Shown here: positions 19,344-29,984 of the stretch, one piece after another
How the letters are laid out: each line of letters starts with the position of its first letter
How positions within the stretch are numbered: the stretch's first letter is position 1
IMG/VR virus record: IMGVR_UViG_3300034095_001474
Location: 1 to 64,000 of that record
Length of the DNA stretch: 64,000 bases
Direction: 5' to 3' (one strand)
Source of the DNA: a virus
Taxonomy: Duplodnaviria; Caudoviricetes
Position numbers and translations under genes: made by a program
Notes under the pieces: generated by a model
Database searches by the model: none
Seen by the model: only the letters and a program-made list of their open reading frames with translations
Told to the model about the DNA's origin: nothing

Positions 19344-20834
19344 ATGAAAAATTTATTATTAGAGTCACAAGAAGACTTTAAAATACTTAAAGGCACCTTT
19401 ACCAATAAAAAAGGTATTAAATCACCTATTTTTTATTTAAAAGGAAATACGTTTGATTTACATAAGATAGATAATCTTAGAGATAAGTATAATGGTTATT
19501 GGGATGGAAAAGCTAAAATGTGGTATTGGTTCGCTGATAAAAATAACCCACAAGAAACTATCGATACAAAAATACAACCACTTATCAATAGAGTAAACAA
19601 TTTCTATAAATATACACTTCAAATTGATGATTTGATAAATCAAATAGAAGACTATACTCCAGTAGAATCTGAATCTGAAGTTGTTGCAACATCTGAAGAA
19701 GCTAACGCAATTGCTGATAAAATGAAGAGTTTTAAAGAAATGCTTATAAACATAGATTCTGATGAAGACTTTAAAAGCAAAATGGGTGCACTTATTGATT
19801 TTAAAGCAGCCCAAGGTTATCCATACTCTTTGGCCAATGTTATGCTTATCAAAGTTCAAAGACCAAACGCTACAATCGTTAACTCTGCAAAAGATTGGAA
19901 AACTGCTTATAATAGAACAGTAAACGAAGGTGCCAAACCAATATTTGTTTGGAAACCAAGAAGTGGTGGTTTTAGAGGTGGCTCTGGTCAAGCACAAAAA
20001 GACTTTTTAGCTTCTGTTGGTAAAACATCTGTTAGAGATTTAAACCCTAACGAAAAAATGAGACTTAAAAAAGATGTTCTAACCAGCCAACCAACAACTG
20101 GTGGTGGTTTCTATTTGGTAGGTCACTATGATGTTTCTGATACAACTCAAATAGAAGGAACTGAAGACTACATCGAAAAAGCACAAGCAGCTTCATCAAA
20201 AATGAATATCGATACGGATACATCAAATATTGTATCTGATGAAATAAAACCAATATACAAAGGACTTCTTGCATACGCTGAAGATTTAGGTATAACAGTA
20301 AACAACCCAACACCAAACGTAGCAAATATCAACGTACCACAAAATGCTGGTAATGATGCACGAATTACAATGGGATTGGCAAAAAATATCTTTGGCGAAA
20401 TTCTACATGGACAATACATAAAAGATAAAGGTAACTTGGTTTCTAAACTACACGTGGGTGGTGAAGATAACTCTGTCAAAGGTCAACAAACTGAAATCGC
20501 TGCATGGATGTTTATGTACGCCTTTAATATCGACTTCAAAATAACACAAATAGATATGGCTACACTTTTAAGTAATAATAAAAACAATATGGAAAAAGTA
20601 TTTAATACCATAGCGAAAAGTGTTGACCAAGTTGTAGATTATGTAAACGTTAATATAAAAGATAATAAACAATTAACCGAAATTGATGAAGTGTTACCAC
20701 AAGGAAAACACATAACAGCAATTGATGTTGCTAAAGTTCTGGGAGTGGAAAAACAATACCAAGAAATTACAAACAATGCCAACATACAAGAACTTCATGA
20801 AAGACTTATTAGAAAAGTTCTAAGATTAATTTAA
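19344..20834 (+). CDS. ArdC-like ssDNA-binding (N-terminal) domain protein
   Basis: YSLANVMLIKVQRPNATIV...W...RTVNEGAKPIFVWKP fits the ArdC-N pattern; start MKNLLLES follows ATATTTATA (19320-19328). Confidence 0.65.
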   Translation: MKNLLLESQEDFKILKGTFTNKKGIKSPIFYLKGNTFDLHKIDNLRDKYNGYWDGKAKMWYWFADKNNPQETIDTKIQPLINRVNNFYKYTLQIDDLINQIEDYTPVESESEVVATSEEANAIADKMKSFKEMLINIDSDEDFKSKMGALIDFKAAQGYPYSLANVMLIKVQRPNATIVNSAKDWKTAYNRTVNEGAKPIFVWKPRSGGFRGGSGQAQKDFLASVGKTSVRDLNPNEKMRLKKDVLTSQPTTGGGFYLVGHYDVSDTTQIEGTEDYIEKAQAASSKMNIDTDTSNIVSDEIKPIYKGLLAYAEDLGITVNNPTPNVANINVPQNAGNDARITMGLAKNIFGEILHGQYIKDKGNLVSKLHVGGEDNSVKGQQTEIAAWMFMYAFNIDFKITQIDMATLLSNNKNNMEKVFNTIAKSVDQVVDYVNVNIKDNKQLTEIDEVLPQGKHITAIDVAKVLGVEKQYQEITNNANIQELHERLIRKVLRLI

Positions 20835-20936
20835 TCAAACAAACAAACACAAATAAAAAGGACTCATAACGAGTCCTTTTTATTTTATTGACATTTTAAA
20901 TTTTTATTTGTATATTTGAAAAAAATATATATATAT

Positions 20937-21185
20937 ATGGCAAAAGTAATACTAGAATTCGATTCAGTTGAAGAACAAACTGAAATAAACTCAGCAATAA
21001 ACGGTTGGAAATGGGAAGCTGCAATGTGGGACCTAGACCAAGAACTTAGAAAGACAATAAAATATGATGTGTCAAATATAAATCATAACCAAACAGCTTG
21101 TAGTGTTGAATACGCTATGGCCGAAAGATATAGAGAACTCATAAGAGAAATGCTATCTAATCATGGATTAAATTTTAATATGTGA
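20937..21185 (+). CDS. hypothetical protein
   Basis: start MAKVIL; TATATTTG element upstream. Confidence 0.55.
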   Translation: MAKVILEFDSVEEQTEINSAINGWKWEAAMWDLDQELRKTIKYDVSNINHNQTACSVEYAMAERYRELIREMLSNHGLNFNM

Positions 21186-21232
21186 AATCCTGGAAAATGA
21201 TTTTTTAATATATTTATATTAAAAATACTATA

Positions 21233-21607
21233 ATGAGAAGATTTGATAAAACAGAAAATATAGCAAAAGCTAATTTATTGGCTGAACAAAGATATTTGGA
21301 AACAAAAAAAATGATAAACGAAAGTTTAATGACTAATGATGAATTAGCTAAACTTGAAAGCCCACTAGATAGACTTGTGGACAGACAACAACCAATAGAA
21401 CATATAGCAAAAGAAGTTAGGGGTGGATATGAAATTTTAGATTTACATCCATACGAATTAATTAAAGGTTATAAAATAACCCAAAAATCACATAATGTAT
21501 GGGGGTTATATGATAAAAATGTTATAGACCACGAAATGGCAACCTTAATTACGCAAAATAAATACGGTAATAACATAGTTACTAAATATAGAATAAACTA
21601 CACTTAA
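21233..21607 (+). CDS. hypothetical protein with ANLLAEQRYLE/INE leader
   Basis: ATATTTATA at 21210-21218. Confidence 0.6.
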   Translation: MRRFDKTENIAKANLLAEQRYLETKKMINESLMTNDELAKLESPLDRLVDRQQPIEHIAKEVRGGYEILDLHPYELIKGYKITQKSHNVWGLYDKNVIDHEMATLITQNKYGNNIVTKYRINYT

Positions 21608-21626
21608 AATATAAAGATAAAATTAA

Positions 21627-21657
21627 TAAGAGGACTTAATGTAGGTCCTCTTTTTTT
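21627..21657 (+). terminator. terminator
   Basis: AAGAGGAC-loop-GTCCTCTTTTTTT. Confidence 0.65.
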
Positions 21658-21663
21658 TGCCCC

Positions 21664-21855
21664 AAAATTCTGGAAAATAATTTTTTTAAAAAAGAGGGTG
21701 CTTGCAAAATGAAGTCAAAAAATCTGGGAAATAATTTTTTTAAAAAAGGGGTGTCTATATATTAGACTAAAAAAAATTCCTAGAAAAAAATTTCGTGAAC
21801 ATAGGCCTTCTAAAATAGACTAAAAAAAATTTCCCAAAAAAAATTTCGTGAACAT
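21664..21855. repeat. two pairs of imperfect direct repeats rich in A/T tracts
   Basis: CTGG(A/G)AAATAATTTTTTTAAAAAAG twice; TAGACTAAAAAAAATT...AAAAAAATTTCGTGAACAT twice. Confidence 0.75.
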
Positions 21856-21882
21856 CATCATGCCCCACATATAGCCACACAC

Positions 21883-21930
21883 GGGGGGGGTATACGGGGG
21901 GGGTAACGGGGGGAGGGGGTACGGAGGGGG
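21883..21930 (+). other. G-tract cluster (potential G-quadruplex)
   Basis: G8-TATAC-G8-TAAC-G6-A-G5-TAC-GG-A-G5 in an otherwise very AT-rich sequence. Confidence 0.75.
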
Positions 21931-22186
21931 TCCTGGACGTGCCAGGGGTTAATCTGCTGCACTATCTTTTACAGTATGAATCAATGTATCAATCAATAAG
22001 AAAGTACATTAAAACGTCTTATTTAATGTAGTGTAAAATAAATGATATATGCAAATAAAGTTATTAACAAATGTAAAAGTTATTAACAAAATTTGTTTTA
22101 TTACAATTCCTAATTTTTTGTTTATTTATATTAATTCTAAATAAGAAAATAGGCATAAAAAAATAGCCCTTTCGGGCTATCTTTAT

Positions 22187-22738
22187 TTAAAGTTTACATT
22201 CGATATTTTTGTAAAGTATTCCATTAACTTTTATTTTTCTAATGTTAGAAATATATAATTTCCTCCAAAGAATTTCTTTTTCACTACCTTGATTTTTTGC
22301 TTTGTTTTCAGTTGGTAGTACATTTGGTAATTTTGATTTTTCTGTAATTTTACCATTCATTACAAATTTTACTTTTGGAAAACTTTTATCAAATGGTCTA
22401 TATTGAATAACTGCTTGACCTTTGTAAAATCCACAAAATTCATTATTTGATTGTTCAAATTCAATCGGCATAGTATTACGACCTTTAATGTATTCGCTTT
22501 CGTCCTTGTTTTCTTTTTTAAGGGCATTTAAAACGCCTTGTTCGTATTCAGTAGACAAAAGTACTTTTAATCTAGTAACCTTTCTTATTTCGCTTGAAAA
22601 TGGCTCTTTCGTATCTCTATCTTTTTTTAGCGTATCGGGTTTAGTACATTGCATTAAATTTGCTATACTTCCGATTGATTTAGGAGTTGCTAATAAAATC
22701 GCTGTTAATTCTTTTTCTGTTACGTTTACTGCTTTCAT
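22187..22738 (-). CDS. hypothetical protein (183 aa)
   Basis: ORF with own TATCTTTG promoter element. Confidence 0.7.
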   Translation of the reverse strand: MKAVNVTEKELTAILLATPKSIGSIANLMQCTKPDTLKKDRDTKEPFSSEIRKVTRLKVLLSTEYEQGVLNALKKENKDESEYIKGRNTMPIEFEQSNNEFCGFYKGQAVIQYRPFDKSFPKVKFVMNGKITEKSKLPNVLPTENKAKNQGSEKEILWRKLYISNIRKIKVNGILYKNIECKL

Positions 22739-22990
22739 AATTTCTATTTTTTAGTGTATGTTTGTTTGTATGGTACAAAGATAATAAACTTATATTGATA
22801 TTCCTAATTTATTTTGATTTATTTTTAATTTATTTTTTATTCTTATTATTGTTTCTTTGTTGGTACAAATATAGTGAACAATATTCGATTATACAAATTT
22901 AGTTTTCAACACTCAAATGTTAATAACTTTTTTTATTTAATATAATTTGTATTGTTTTTTTTCGTACCTTTGCAAATTATTTCATTTGAG

Positions 22991-23045
22991 GTATGGACGT
23001 GTTGGAGTCTACTCTCTCACTTTTTAAAGCGACCCGTTTAATTAA
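22991..23045 (-). ncRNA. repeated structured small RNA, copy 1
   Basis: CGGGT-CGCTT/TAAA/AAGTG-AGAGAGTAGACTCC downstream of TATATTTG (23052-23059). Confidence 0.65.
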
Positions 23046-23205
23046 CTAATACAAATATAAGCATAATATTGACTTGTTTTACAAAAAGTTTTGAAAGTTA
23101 TTAACAATTTGTTGTTAATAAAGAAAATGAAAAAAAGTGTAAAAATATTTGGTAGATTGAAATAAAATACCTATCTTTGTATAACACAAACAAACACTAT
23201 ATATT

Positions 23206-23502
23206 ATGAGAACAATTACAGAAAATGCAATCGAGAAATTTTTAAATGCTGAAAATTTCAAAAGTAGTAATACAATAGTAGAAGTACTACCTAATGTTAC
23301 TATCTTAAAATTATTTGGTAATGCAATCGCTTATCGTTACAATGACCCAGAAAAAACACTTTCAATTACAAATTGTGGTTATGAAACAGCAACTACCAAA
23401 GAAAGATTAAATGCCTTGCCTAATGTTAGGATAAATCAAACTAAAGGAATTTGGTATTTGAATGGTGCTGAATGGGACGGAGAATTAATAGACATCAATT
23501 AA
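23206..23502 (+). CDS. hypothetical protein
   Basis: own TTTG..TATCTTTG promoter and ACAAACAAAC leader. Confidence 0.7.
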   Translation: MRTITENAIEKFLNAENFKSSNTIVEVLPNVTILKLFGNAIAYRYNDPEKTLSITNCGYETATTKERLNALPNVRINQTKGIWYLNGAEWDGELIDIN

Positions 23503-23564
23503 ATATTAAAAAATAAACCATCATTAATTTGGTGGTTTATTTTATTTTACTTATCTTTGTTATA

Positions 23565-23634
23565 TCATAAAGGTTGCGAGAGCGAGAGAGTAGACTCCGT
23601 TGTGCAATGTCCTCTGCGTTGCTAGACTCCGACC
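23565..23634 (+). ncRNA. repeated structured small RNA, copy 2 (rearranged; second partial GCTAGACTCCGACC)
   Basis: AGGT-TGC/GAGA/GCG-AGAGAGTAGACTCC downstream of TATCTTTG (23552-23559). Confidence 0.6.
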
Positions 23635-23762
23635 AAGAATTATCTCAAATTTGTTAGTTTGAACAAAATTTTTGATACTGCATATATTTTGTATGTCGAT
23701 GTACACAAAAGTGTTCACACAAAAAACCTATCTTTCGATAGGTTTCATTTAGTGTTTTTGAG

Positions 23763-23930
23763 TTAATTATTACAAAGACTAGGTGCAAAGATTTTAAAAC
23801 CTTCATCATCTAAACCGATAATCTTTACCAATTTTTCAAATGGTTTTTCTAAACCTTTGTTTAGTTCTCTTTTGATATCTAATGTTTTTGCCTCCAACAT
23901 TAATTGTGCGAAAAAATTTTGAGCGTCCAT
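23763..23930 (-). CDS. small hypothetical protein (55 aa, not in ORF track)
   Basis: MDAQNFFAQLMLEAK...; own promoter and leader. Confidence 0.55.
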   Translation of the reverse strand: MDAQNFFAQLMLEAKTLDIKRELNKGLEKPFEKLVKIIGLDDEGFKIFAPSLCNN

Positions 23931-24001
23931 AAGTTCTAGTGTTTAATTGTTTGTTTAACAAAGATAAGCATAATGTTTTGATATTCCTAATTTATTTGCA
24001 A

Positions 24002-24977
24002 TTAATTTAATAAATTTTCAATTATTTTTTTTGCGTCAAATAATTCAGATTTCTCAAACAATATTACATCAAGTATATTAATATAGTCATCTTGTTCGGT
24101 ATCGGGATATTCCATTAACCCTAAAGATACTTTATTACCAAATACTTCGTGTACAAGGTATGGGTGTTTTGTTGAGTCATCGTAAAAATAAACTAAACTT
24201 CCCTCTTTAATTTTAGTCGCCATAATATATAGTGTTTGTTTGTGTGAAACAAAGATAAGGAATACTTTTCAATATTCCAAATCTTTTTGTAATTATTTAC
24301 ATATTATCTTCCATTAATCCTACAAGGGTAATTTTGTCTTGTGTGCTTGATAAATCGTGCAACTTAATCAAGTGTCTTGTAAAACTACCATCAGCTTCAA
24401 TTACAAGTATTCCATTTTGGGTTACTTTCAAAGGGTGGACATCAAACACGTTTCCCGTAATATCATTACGCATTTCTAAATAATCATCGGGTGTATCGTG
24501 TTCTAAATCACACTCATCAAAGATTACTATTTCATCTTGTTTCTCCAACAACTCATTAAAGTAGTGGTAAACTTGTGTTTCTAATTGGTCTAAATCGTTG
24601 TTTAAGTTTTTGCTTGACATAGTATATTGTTTTTAATTAATTAATATAGTCAAAGATAATATATTAAATTGACATATCCAAATTTATTTACAATTATTTT
24701 ATTCATCACCATAAGGTGCATCGTTAAAACTTGTATGATTACAATCTTTGCATAAATCAACATCGTTTACATCAAAGTCCATTTCATCACGTGTAAACCC
24801 ACCACCACAATTTTGACAACAATAATCATTCTCATATTGTTTCCATTCCTCTTCGGGTAAATACCCAATAAGGTTTTCTTTTGGTACAAAGGTTAATAGT
24901 TCTTCTATTGCTTCAACATCACCATTAAATAAATCAGCTTTGATTTGTTCTAATACTCTTTCAATTAATCTGCTCAT
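24002..24977 (-). CDS. three small hypothetical genes: 24002-24223, 24297-24620, 24699-24977
   Basis: each has its own TATCTTTG promoter element; start of the last moved to MSRLIER. Confidence 0.65.
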
Positions 24978-25112
24978 AATACATCGTTTTAAAGTTATAC
25001 AACAAAGATAAGCATTTAGTTTTGTTCCCACAACATACTATAGTTAGCATTTTTTATTTTAAAAATAATTGTAAATAAATTAGGAATATCGAAATAAGTT
25101 TCTTATCTTTGT

Positions 25113-25166
25113 AGTGTACCAATAAGGATACGGGTTGCGAGAGCGAGAGAGTAGACTCCGACCTAC
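25113..25166 (+). ncRNA. repeated structured small RNA, copy 3
   Basis: CGGGT-TGC/GAGA/GCG-AGAGAGTAGACTCC downstream of TATCTTTG (25104-25111). Confidence 0.7.
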
Positions 25167-25224
25167 GTTGTATTTTTTTTTTATAACTCACAAAAAAAGT
25201 GGGAGTAATTTCCCACTTCATTTT

Positions 25225-25845
25225 TTATTTTTCTAACAATCTTTTGTTCACAAAATCAAATCTGTTTTGTAGTTCATCATCTAAAATCAAAACTATATCA
25301 GTTCGCATAAAGTCTTCGATATTTGCAAAGTTCCCATTTACTCTACCAAATTTACTTGCGTTTTGTGGTGTCATTTCTCCATTGTCGCTATCTTGATATT
25401 TTTCTCTAACAAAAACTCTATTATCAACAACAACTATTTCACCAACATCGCCCATTTCCTCACCACTATATTCGACAACTCCATTAAGGATATAACCATT
25501 AGGTGCAAGTATTTTGTGAATTAGATATACTAACCATTCAGTATAACTATAAAATTTCTCACCACAATCCCATTCAATCCCCATTCCGTCATCACTGGGT
25601 GTCCATTGATTCCAAAGACTAGGTTGTGTTGTTGGTGGTTCGTTATGGTCGATTATATTCGGTTCGTTTGCTTGTCCAAAATCTCCACCACCAAATACAA
25701 AAAATTCTCCTTGTACTCCAAACACTTCATCAGTGTTTCGTTTCATTCTACGTGTTTCGTTGAATAGTTTAAGGTATTGAGCCATCTTTGGACTTAATTC
25801 TTTGTTCAATTCAAAACGTCCACTAAAATCAGTTGTGTATCCCAT
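25225..25845 (-). CDS. phage-type hypothetical protein (206 aa)
   Basis: MGYTTDFSG...PSLWNQW...WDCGEKFYSYTEWL pattern; own promoter. Confidence 0.7.
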   Translation of the reverse strand: MGYTTDFSGRFELNKELSPKMAQYLKLFNETRRMKRNTDEVFGVQGEFFVFGGGDFGQANEPNIIDHNEPPTTQPSLWNQWTPSDDGMGIEWDCGEKFYSYTEWLVYLIHKILAPNGYILNGVVEYSGEEMGDVGEIVVVDNRVFVREKYQDSDNGEMTPQNASKFGRVNGNFANIEDFMRTDIVLILDDELQNRFDFVNKRLLEK

Positions 25846-25902
25846 AATTTCTATTGTTTATTTGTTTATGTAAAGATAAGTATAATATTTCAATCTACCA
25901 AA

Positions 25903-26082
25903 TTAATTTGTAGATTTTTTTACATCTGTTATCAATGCAAATGCACCCATACCACCAAATAATAAAAATGTCCATAGACTACACATTAATTGGTCGTTAC
26001 TATCAGCAATAAAAATTCCTACAAATCCTAATACTTGTCCAACAAGTCCGATAAGTGCTACAATAAGGTTTAATTTTTTCAT
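25903..26082 (-). CDS. small membrane protein
   Basis: two hydrophobic helices; start MKKLNL. Confidence 0.6.
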   Translation of the reverse strand: MKKLNLIVALIGLVGQVLGFVGIFIADSNDQLMCSLWTFLLFGGMGAFALITDVKKSTN

Positions 26083-26223
26083 TTTGTTTGTTTTAAATTG
26101 TTTTAACAAAGATAAGCATAATGTTTTGATTGTGCAAGTTTTTAATGAAAATAAATGAAAATAAATAATAAAAATAATTGCTGTTTTATTTGGTAGATTG
26201 AAATAAATTACTTATCTTTGTTA

Positions 26224-26281
26224 TGTCGAGAGGGACGGGTCGAGAGAAATCTTGAGAGAGTAGACTCCGACACGTCTATAC
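26224..26281 (+). ncRNA. repeated structured small RNA, copy 4
   Basis: CGGGT-CGAGA/GAAA/TCTTG-AGAGAGTAGACTCC; outer stem TGTCG/CGACA. Confidence 0.7.
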
Positions 26282-26623
26282 GTTTCACCATATGGTGCAT
26301 AAAAAAAGTGGGACACAACTCCCACTTAATTCGTTTTATATGCCAAACATAAAAGACAATAAAACTCTACCTATCAAACAAACACAACAAATGTATGTAA
26401 TTGGTTCGGACACTTTGTCCATAATATTTTCAAATTTTTGAATAGTCTTCATAACTTTTAATTTTCTTGATTAATAATTGGGTTTCCATCTCCATCAATT
26501 CCATAATGAATTGCTATTAATTCTAATTCTTTTGAGTACATAATTTTTTTGTTTTAATTTGTTTACCTTACAAAGATAAGCATAATCTTTTGATTATGCA
26601 AATCTTTTTACAATTATTTTTAA

Positions 26624-28343
26624 TTAATTTTCTGTAGGTTTAGTACCAACATATAAACAAGGCACCATTGATATCATTCCAACAATAAGAATAATATTTG
26701 ATACAATTAATTCTTTTTCAGTTTGGGCTACCATTGCAATCATCATTCCGATAAGAATTACTAATAATGTTGATACGAACCAAAATCCCCAATTGTGCTG
26801 ACTAATTTTCATAATTTCTAAGTATTTGTTTGTTTGTATTTGTTTACCTTACAAAGATAAGCATAATCTTTTGATTATGCAAATCTTTTTGTAATTATTT
26901 TTTATTTATTATATTCTGCAATTCTTTCAACTTTGATATCAATAGTTTCTGCTAAATCATCACAATAAACATTTTCGATAACTTGTTTTACATTCCATTG
27001 TGTTGATAACAAAGTAATAGTATACGTATCGTCCCAACCCAAAGTAATCAAAACAATTCCTTTGTGGTTATTTCCAGACACATTAAAAAATAATGCTTTT
27101 TTGTCAAATGCTGTAAAGTTTCTTGCACCCCACGTCATTCTCCATAACATATTATGGTTTACCCATTGCATCGTTTCATTTGCATCAAATTCTCTTTGAC
27201 AACTTTTTTCTAATACTGCTAATCTTTTTGCTGACATAATTTCTAGTGTTTGTTTGTATGAAACAAAGATAAGCATAATCTTTTGATTATGCAAATCTTT
27301 TTGTAATTATTTTTAATTTATTTTTGCTTTTGGTAAAAAATAATTAAATACATCGGCAATATGTTTTTTGTAGTATGGTTGATTATCTTTGCACCACTCT
27401 TTTAATTCATCTTTTGTTGCAAATGGTTTCTGCCACGAGTTCCCACGCATAATCATTTCAAATGTAGGTTCTAATTCTTGGATAAATGCACCAACAGTCC
27501 AACCCTCCCAAATGTGTTTGTCTAAATTAATCTTTGCCATAATTTCTATGTGTTTATTTGTTTAAACAAAGATAAGCATAATCTTTCGATTATGCAAATC
27601 TTTTTACAATTATTTTTAAATTAATTCTAAACAAGTTCCCTCAAAGTCAATCCAATCTGCTTCGGGATATTGTTTATCCAAATATGTATTTAGTCTATCT
27701 ACGTTTCTAAATCTTTTTACTATTTCTTTGTCCGACCACGAATTTTGAAATTGATATTCTTTGATTATAGCAACATAACCACCTTTGAATATTTTACCTT
27801 TGTTAGGTATAAATAAAATGTTATCAGTCAATACATTTTCTCTTAAAAAAATTTCCTTTGCCATAATTTCTAATATTTGTTTGTGTTAAACAAAGATAAG
27901 CATAATCTTTTGATTATGCAAATCTTTTTAGAATTATTTTTAAATTAATTTAGTCCTTCACCAATTCCAGCCCATTGTAATAATAACACATCATCTTTAT
28001 CAATGTATTCTGCTAATAATTGTAGTTCTAAAATTTCACCATAACTAATTCCTTCTGCTTGAATTTCTCTTCTAAAATATTCAAGTCTTGCTTTTATTTG
28101 TTTTAAATCGACTGACATAATTTCTAGGTTTTAATTTGTTTGTTTAACAAAGATAAGAATAATAATTCAATCTACCAAATTTTTCCAAACAATTTTTTTA
28201 TTTTCTCTACGATTATAATCTTTATCGCTTTTATGTACTTTATGTTTGAATATATCAATTCCACATTCAATATCCGCACGTCTACGTGCCGAACGTTCAA
28301 AAGTCATAATTTGTTCTCTAGTAATTTTTAAAGTCTTTCCCAT
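26624..28343 (-). CDS. six small hypothetical genes: 26624-26812 (membrane), 26902-27237, 27313-27540, 27616-27864, 27945-28118, 28167-28343
   Basis: each preceded by its own promoter and A-rich leader; starts adjusted to exclude promoter sequence. Confidence 0.65.
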
Positions 28344-28470
28344 TGTGTTTGTTTTTGTTTTAACAAAGATAAGTATAATGTTTTGATTGTGCAAGTTTTT
28401 AATGAAAATAAATAATAAAAAAAAGTGTTAAAAAATTTGGTAGATTAAAAAAGATTTATTATCTTTGTTA

Positions 28471-28531
28471 TGTAGATGATTGATATCGATACGGGTTGCT
28501 TAAAAAGTAAGAGAGTAGACTCCGACCTACC
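28471..28531 (+). ncRNA. repeated structured small RNA, copy 5
   Basis: CGGGT-TGCTT/AAA/AAGTA-AGAGAGTAGACTCC; outer GTAG/CTAC. Confidence 0.7.
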
Positions 28532-28600
28532 TATATAAATAAAAAAAACACTATAGCAAAAAAATCGTAACTACCAAAGTAATTACGATTTATTTTTATT

Positions 28601-29467
28601 TTATTTTACTCTTTGAATTATAACCAAAGTCATTGGATAACCTTTGCCGTTTTCTTTTTTGTCGCTATAGTAAAAAATTTCTTTTACTTCATAATTCCAC
28701 CCCGTAATTTTAGCAAAGTAATTTTCAATACTTCTGTCACTTATACAACGTGTGTCTTCATTATTGATAGGTGCTAAATTTTTGATTTTAAGTGTTTGTT
28801 TGTCATTTCCACGTAAAGGTTTACCAAAAGTAATAGCCATTATTCCATTTAATTTTAACAAGTCATTATTGATAACATATTCAATTTCTTTGCTAAATGT
28901 CGCTAAATGTCCACAATAATCTAAAATCAAGTGTGCGTATGAATTTTCAGTTTTACCATAGATTAAATCGCTAATTTTACCAAAGTGTGTTGTTGCATTC
29001 AAATTGGTTTTTTTAAGATTTTTTTTCATTTTAACAAAAGTATCTTTGTTAATTTCTGCACCTATAAAATTCATATCGGGCAAAACTTTTGCAACTTCTT
29101 GTTCTATAGTCCAATTTTCATTTGGTAAACAAGGAACGTCACCAATTACTGAACTATCAATCATATAGTTTTTCATTTTAATACGAGCAACTTCTTTGTT
29201 TTCACCATTGTGGTTCGTATAAGTGTTTGTAGTTGTGTTTGTAGTTATCTTTATCTTAATACTAGTTGATAACGTATTAAGTTTGTTTAAAAGATTATCT
29301 TTACGTTCTTTTTTTGTACCAACTTTTTCAATTTTACCTTTACGAATTAACCACGTTCTTTTTGCCGAAATTTTTTGAGCACTTGTACCTAATTTTAAAG
29401 CAATTTCTTTGTTACTTAATAATTGATTTTCGATAATCAATTGGTCTAATGTTTTTAAAGTTCCCAT
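28601..29467 (-). CDS. putative HTH + SAM-dependent methyltransferase-fold protein
   Basis: N-terminal LSNKEIALKLGTSAQKIS (HTH-like); NFIGAEINK and HLILDYCG resemble Rossmann MTase strands. Confidence 0.4.
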   Translation of the reverse strand: MGTLKTLDQLIIENQLLSNKEIALKLGTSAQKISAKRTWLIRKGKIEKVGTKKERKDNLLNKLNTLSTSIKIKITTNTTTNTYTNHNGENKEVARIKMKNYMIDSSVIGDVPCLPNENWTIEQEVAKVLPDMNFIGAEINKDTFVKMKKNLKKTNLNATTHFGKISDLIYGKTENSYAHLILDYCGHLATFSKEIEYVINNDLLKLNGIMAITFGKPLRGNDKQTLKIKNLAPINNEDTRCISDRSIENYFAKITGWNYEVKEIFYYSDKKENGKGYPMTLVIIQRVK

Positions 29468-29640
29468 ATTATATAGTGTTTGTTTGTTTGTGTGAAACAA
29501 AGATATATAATCTATTTTGTTATTCCTAATTTATTTGCAATTATTTTTAATTTATTTTTATTTTAATCTTTTTTACTATATTATTAGGAATAATGAAATA
29601 AGTTTATTATATTTGTACTCACAAACAAATACTATATAAT

Positions 29641-29880
29641 ATGACACAAAGAAACGTATCAACAATTGCTAGAGAAATTAAAACAGATTGGATAAAAATT
29701 AGTCCTTATGCAAAACATTATTTGGATGCAATGTTTTGTTTTGACAAAGTAACTGATAACTATGGTTCCGATAGTGGTAAAAGTGTAATACTATACTTTT
29801 TGTCCAATGCTGGTTCGTGGCGAGGTGAGAAAGCAAAAGTAATCAAAAAAGAATTGAAACAAATGGTGGGACTTAAATAG
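29641..29880 (+). CDS. phage-type hypothetical protein
   Basis: IAREIKTDW...YLDAM...YFLSNAGSWRGE pattern; own promoter and terminator. Confidence 0.7.
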   Translation: MTQRNVSTIAREIKTDWIKISPYAKHYLDAMFCFDKVTDNYGSDSGKSVILYFLSNAGSWRGEKAKVIKKELKQMVGLK

Positions 29881-29984
29881 TCCCCTTTTTTCGTGTTCTT
29901 TATTTATGTATAATACAAAAGGCTACCCATTACGGATAGCCTTTTGCGTCAATCAAACAAACAAACAAACAAACAAACAATTTG

